DNA from: Centroscyllium fabricii
Lineage: Eukaryota
Assembly: GCA_051313645.2 (NCBI GenBank)
Contig: JBNRSN020000031.1
Coordinates: 5,704,001 to 5,768,000 of the forward strand
DNA: 64,000 nucleotides
Reading direction: 5' to 3'
Part shown: piece by piece, positions 59,834 to 64,000 of the stretch
Position numbering within the stretch: position 1 is the first letter of the stretch
How the letters are laid out: the number at the start of each line of letters is the position of its first letter
Program-made: the position numbers and the translations under genes
The notes under the pieces: model-generated
Database searches by the model: none
Seen by the model: the letters and a program-made list of their open reading frames with translations, nothing else
Told to the model about the DNA's origin: nothing

Positions 59834-62821
59834 ATGCCCGGAGACCGAAGCAGACGTCGGTGTCAAAAACTCGGGTCTTCTTCAAGACCGGCACTGACTG
59901 TTTTGTCTGCAAATATGGAAGGGCTGTCAACAGCGAAACAAGATCTACTCGCTGCGATTTGCAAGGAAATGCAATGCGACGTCCTATGCCTACAAGAGAC
60001 ACATCGCGGCAGTGAAAACAATCGCCCTGCGATACCCAAAATGACTATGGCAATTGAAAGACCACATCGCCAATACGGAAGTGCCATCTTCATCAAAACG
60101 GACTCAGTCATAGAAGCTACAGCTAAAACAGAGGTAAACAACATCGAAATTCTAACGGTAGAGTTTAGCAGAGCCATGGTCACCTCTGTGTATAAACCTC
60201 CAAATGTAGAATTCACTTTCACAAATCCCCTACCAAACCCGCATAACAAGGCGCAGATTGTAATCGGAGACTTCAACAGTCACAACACCCAATGGGCGTA
60301 CACTGAAACTAATTCTGATGGAGAAGCAGTGGAGGAATGGATGGACGCCAACCAGCTTAGCCTCATCCACGACCCGAAACAGCTGAGTTCCTTCAACAGT
60401 GCTAGATGGAAGCGGGGATCCAACCCAGACCTTGTATTAACAAGCAATAACATCGCTGGCTCCAGTAAGAAACTTGTTTTGGATGTAATACCAAGAATGC
60501 AACACCGCCCCATTGGTGTCCAGATACAAGCTGCAGTGGTACCAACCACTGTCCCATTTAGAAGACGCTTCAATTTTAAAAAGGCAAACTGGGAAGAATT
60601 CACACAAGAACTGGATCATAAGGCCAGATACATCAAACCACTCCCAGAGAATTACTGCCTGTTCATCAAAGCAGTTCAGAAAACAGCTAGAAGGAAAATC
60701 CCCCGAGGATGCAGGATGAATTACATCCCTGGCCTAACCCCTGAGAATGCTGAACTTTATAATGACTACATCACCATGTTCGAATCTGATCCCTTCTCCG
60801 AAGAAACAATAACAACAGGAGAACAGCTGATGATCAGTATCTCCCAAGAGCGCCAAAACACCTGGAATACTCTGATAGAGACAACGGACATGTCAAAGAA
60901 CAGCAAGAAAGCATGGGCTCTCATTCACAAACTCGGAGGAAATCCGAAGACAACCAAAGAACACTGCAACACCACTGCTGAACAAGTTGCCCACCAACTG
61001 CTGCTGAATGGAAAAGGCCCTAAGAAACGACAACAAAAAGCCAAACTAGACCGAAAAACGTACCATGCAAACCCAGGCTTCACAAGACCTTTCACTATGA
61101 CTGAACTGGAAACAGGAATACATAGTTTGAAACCAGGGAAAGCAGTTGGTCTGGATAACATCGCAACAGAGCAGATCAAGTACTTTGGAGAACAAACAAA
61201 GGTATGGCTCCTCAACCTATTCAATAACTGTATGGCTACACATAAGCTTCCAAACATCTGGCTCAAGGCACATGTACTAGCACTCCTGAAACCAGGGAAG
61301 GACCCGTCTTATCCTAAAAGTTTCCGGCCAATCTCACTTCTATGTCACACATACAAGCTGTTTGAGCGCCTGATACTGAACAGGATTGCACCATCCATAG
61401 ACGAGAAGATCATCCCAGAGCAAACAGGGTTCCGTCCAGGCAAATCGACAACCAGCCAACTCGTCAACCTCACTCAACACATTGAGGATGGATTTGAGAG
61501 AGGACAGATTACCGGTGCTGTTTTCGTGGACTTGTCTGCTGCCTACGACACAGTCAACCACAGACGACTCCTATGTAAGATCCTGGAGATCACAAAAGAC
61601 ACCGACCTAACAGAGCTAATGGAAGCCATGCTCCAGAACCGCAGATTCTACGTCGAATTAGGCGGAAAACGTAGCAGATGGCGCAACCAGAAGAATGGCC
61701 TCCCACAAGGCAGCGTGCTTGCCCCACTTCAGTACAACATCTATACAAACGACCAACCCAGAGATGATGTCACCCGTCGTTTTGCATATGCAGATGACCT
61801 GTGCATCACCGCCCAAGGAACAGACTTCATTAGTATTGAGGAAACGCTCAACGATGCCTTCTCAGGATTAACAACCTACTATGAAGAGAGCCATCTACGT
61901 GCCAACCCAGCAAAAACACAAGTATGCGCTTTTCACCTGAGAAACAAGGAAGCTAAGCGCCAACTGAATGTGTCTTGGTGTGGAATACCACTGTCACACT
62001 CTGAGCACCATGTCTACCTCGGAGTCACACTCGACAGATGCCTTACATTCAAAACCCACATCATGAAGACAAAGGCAAAAGTGAGCACCCGCAACAACAT
62101 CCTGCGCAAACTCGCCAACACCAGATGGGGTGCATGTCCCAAGACACTACGTGCCACAGCCCTTGCCCTCAGCTTCTCTACTGCAGAATATGCCAGCCCA
62201 GCGTGGGAAAGATCCACCCATGCTAAAAAACTGGACCCCGCTCTTAACGAGAGCTGCAGATGTATCACTGGGTGCCTGAAGCCCACTAACACCAACGACC
62301 TGTACATCCTGGCAGGTATCGCCCCTCCAGACATCAGAAGAGCGGTAGCCAGCAGGACAGAGCGGCGCAGGCAAACCACAGATGAGAGGCACCCCCTACA
62401 TGGCCATGTACCTGCCCCCAGCCGACTAAAATCACGGAGAAGTTTCCTGACCAGCACTGCTCCACTGGAGACAACACCATCTGAAGCCCGCCTTAAAATG
62501 TGGAAGGAAAAGCTGTCCAAACACCCACACAGCTCGACTATGCTCATCCCCCCTGCTGAAACCCTCCCACCAGGAGATAACAACTGGGCAAAATGGAAGT
62601 GCTTGAACCGACTCCGCTCAGGTGTTGGCCGTTCCAGGGAAGCCCTAAGCAGATGGGGTTATCTTAGTGGCCCAACCACATGTGACTGTGGCACAGAACC
62701 CCAGACCATGGAGCACCTCCTTCGATGTCCTCTGTTAGGTGGACCCTGCACAGCAAAGGACCTAGCACTCTACAACATCAAGGGACAGCAATGTACCAAG
62801 CACTGGTTGGACGTTATATAA
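59834..62821 (+). CDS. 995-aa LINE polyprotein: apurinic-like endonuclease + reverse transcriptase + C-terminal CCHC knuckle
   Basis: APE motifs LSANMEG, DVLCLQETH, SVYKPP, IGDFNSH (GDFN at 60266), NPDL, QHRPI. RT motifs KAVGLDNI, LLKPGKDP..KSFRPISLL, QTGFRPGKST, FVDLSAAYDTV, GLPQGSVLAP, YADD (61787-61798), YLGVTLD. C-x-C-x8-H-x3-C at 62681-62728. No internal stop; ATG has A at -3. Confidence 0.95.
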   Translation: MPGDRSRRRCQKLGSSSRPALTVLSANMEGLSTAKQDLLAAICKEMQCDVLCLQETHRGSENNRPAIPKMTMAIERPHRQYGSAIFIKTDSVIEATAKTEVNNIEILTVEFSRAMVTSVYKPPNVEFTFTNPLPNPHNKAQIVIGDFNSHNTQWAYTETNSDGEAVEEWMDANQLSLIHDPKQLSSFNSARWKRGSNPDLVLTSNNIAGSSKKLVLDVIPRMQHRPIGVQIQAAVVPTTVPFRRRFNFKKANWEEFTQELDHKARYIKPLPENYCLFIKAVQKTARRKIPRGCRMNYIPGLTPENAELYNDYITMFESDPFSEETITTGEQLMISISQERQNTWNTLIETTDMSKNSKKAWALIHKLGGNPKTTKEHCNTTAEQVAHQLLLNGKGPKKRQQKAKLDRKTYHANPGFTRPFTMTELETGIHSLKPGKAVGLDNIATEQIKYFGEQTKVWLLNLFNNCMATHKLPNIWLKAHVLALLKPGKDPSYPKSFRPISLLCHTYKLFERLILNRIAPSIDEKIIPEQTGFRPGKSTTSQLVNLTQHIEDGFERGQITGAVFVDLSAAYDTVNHRRLLCKILEITKDTDLTELMEAMLQNRRFYVELGGKRSRWRNQKNGLPQGSVLAPLQYNIYTNDQPRDDVTRRFAYADDLCITAQGTDFISIEETLNDAFSGLTTYYEESHLRANPAKTQVCAFHLRNKEAKRQLNVSWCGIPLSHSEHHVYLGVTLDRCLTFKTHIMKTKAKVSTRNNILRKLANTRWGACPKTLRATALALSFSTAEYASPAWERSTHAKKLDPALNESCRCITGCLKPTNTNDLYILAGIAPPDIRRAVASRTERRRQTTDERHPLHGHVPAPSRLKSRRSFLTSTAPLETTPSEARLKMWKEKLSKHPHSSTMLIPPAETLPPGDNNWAKWKCLNRLRSGVGRSREALSRWGYLSGPTTCDCGTEPQTMEHLLRCPLLGGPCTAKDLALYNIKGQQCTKHWLDVI

Positions 62822-62846
62822 GCTGAATAGCTTTGTATATGGACAC

Positions 62847-62856
62847 GAAGAAGAAG
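62847..62856 (+). repeat. (GAA)n microsatellite 3' tail of the LINE
   Basis: GAAGAAGAAG sits immediately before the right TSD, in place of a poly(A) tail. Confidence 0.85.
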
Positions 62857-64000
62857 ACCTATTATATTCAATTAATCAAATGCTGAGTTATCATTGGCCT
62901 GCAGGCATCTGTAAGAACTGCCTATTATATTCACGTAATCACATGCTGAGTTATCATTGGCCCACACATCTGTAAGGACTACCTATTATATTCACGTAAT
63001 CACATTCTGATTTATCATTGCCCACAGGCATCTGTAAGGACAACCTATTATATTCACGTAATCACATGCTGAGTTATCATTGCCCTACTGGCATCTGTAT
63101 GGACTACCTATTACATTCACGTAATCACATGCTGAGTTATCATCGGCCCACAGGCATCTGTATGGACTACCTATTATATTCACGTAATCACATGCTGAGT
63201 TATCATTGGCCCACAGGCATCTGGAAGGACTACCTATAATATTCACGTAATCACATGCTGATTTATCATTGGATCAAAGGCATCTGTAAGGACTACTATT
63301 GTATTCACGTAATCACATGCTGAGATATCATTGGCCCACAGGCATCTGTAAGGACTACCTATTATATTTACATAATCACATGCTGAGTTATCATTGGCCC
63401 ACAGGCATCTGGAAGGACTACCTATTATATTCACGTAATTACATGCTGAATTATCATTGGACCAAAGGCATCTGTAAGGACTACCTATTATATTCACGTA
63501 ATCACATGTTGAGTTATCATTGGCCCACAGGCATCTGTAAGGACTACATATTATATTCACGTAATCACATGCTGAATTATCATTGCGCACAGTCATCTGT
63601 AAGGACTACCTATTATATTCACGTAATCACATGCTGAGTTATCATTGGCCCAATGGCATCTGTAAGGACTACTATTGTATTCACTTAACCACATGCTGAG
63701 TTATCATTGGCCGCAGGCATCTGTAAGGACTACCCATTATATTCACGTAATCACATGCTGTGTTATCATTGGCCCATAGGCATCTGTAAGGACTACTATT
63801 GTATTCAAGTAATCAAATGCTGAGTTATTATTGGACTGCAGGCATCTGTAAGGACTACTATTGTATTCACGTAATCACATGCTGAGTTATCATTGGCCCA
63901 CAGGCATCTGTAAGTCTACCTATTATATTCACGTATTCACATGCTGAGTTATCATTGGCCCACAGGCATCTGTAAGGACTAACCATTATATTCACGTAAT
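62857..64000. repeat. 63-bp tandem satellite array, segment 3 (continues beyond the right edge of the window)
   Basis: The same monomer resumes in the same orientation after the LINE. Confidence 0.98.

Larger units (their letters stand above)
59754..62856 (+). mobile_element. Non-LTR retrotransposon (LINE), single-ORF APE-RT type, probably Vingi (Ingi-related, I group)
   Basis: 3103-bp non-satellite insert with TSD, 80-bp leader, one long ORF, 25-bp 3' UTR and GAAGAAGAAG tail. About 3-kb size, no ORF1, no RNase H and a C-terminal CCHC fit Vingi. LINE identity is certain from motifs; the clade is recalled rather than searched. Confidence 0.93.

Noticed and set aside
59863-62583. Antisense and alternate-frame ORFs within the LINE (60-189 aa)
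   Set aside because: Shadow ORFs of the long RT frame, with no recognisable motifs.
62869-62880. Altered CpG directly right of both insertions (CAATTAAT at 62869; CACCTAAT at 43501) as an insertion-repair scar
   Set aside because: Both variants also occur in monomers far from any insertion (TCACCTAAT near 29005, 30450 and 35222; TCAATTAA near 45637 and 53606), so they need no special explanation.
314-63596. Minus-strand ORFs (NIIGSPYRCLWANDNSACDYV)n, superficially like the C2H2 zinc-finger linker TGEKPYxC
   Set aside because: The period is 21 aa rather than 28 and there is no Cx2C or Hx3H pair. It is the antisense reading of the same satellite.
1-64000. CRISPR array
   Set aside because: There are no unique spacers (the entire 63-bp unit is repeated) and no cas genes, and the context is eukaryotic (LINE insertion).

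Overview
About 95% of this window is one eukaryotic tandem satellite. It has roughly 960-970 head-to-tail copies, all in one orientation, of a 63-bp monomer (consensus TCACGTAATCACATGCTGAGTTATCATTGGCCCACAGGCATCTGTAAGGACTACCTATTATAT, 41% GC, with frequent 61-62-bp variants). The monomers are organised into nested higher-order duplications with offsets of about 8288, 6217/4773, 4454, 3263, 2826, 1444, 1380 and 1257 bp. Almost all ORFs in the supplied track are artefacts of the monomer length being a multiple of 3. Only two stretches are non-satellite. (1) A 172-bp insertion at 43321-43492 has an 11-bp target-site duplication, a perfect 32-bp inverted repeat and a degenerate hammerhead-ribozyme-like core on the minus strand; it is best read as a Penelope-like element remnant. 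(2) A 3.1-kb non-LTR retrotransposon at 59754-62856 has a 12-bp target-site duplication, a (GAA)n tail and an uninterrupted 995-aa APE-endonuclease/reverse-transcriptase/CCHC ORF, most like the Ingi-related Vingi clade. Both elements inserted into the same AT-rich segment (ATTATATT) of the monomer. I see no host genes, rRNA/tRNA or CRISPR, and I cannot support a claim of a wholly new biological system. The findings concern satellite architecture and the two insertions. Family assignments come from recalled motifs, not database searches.
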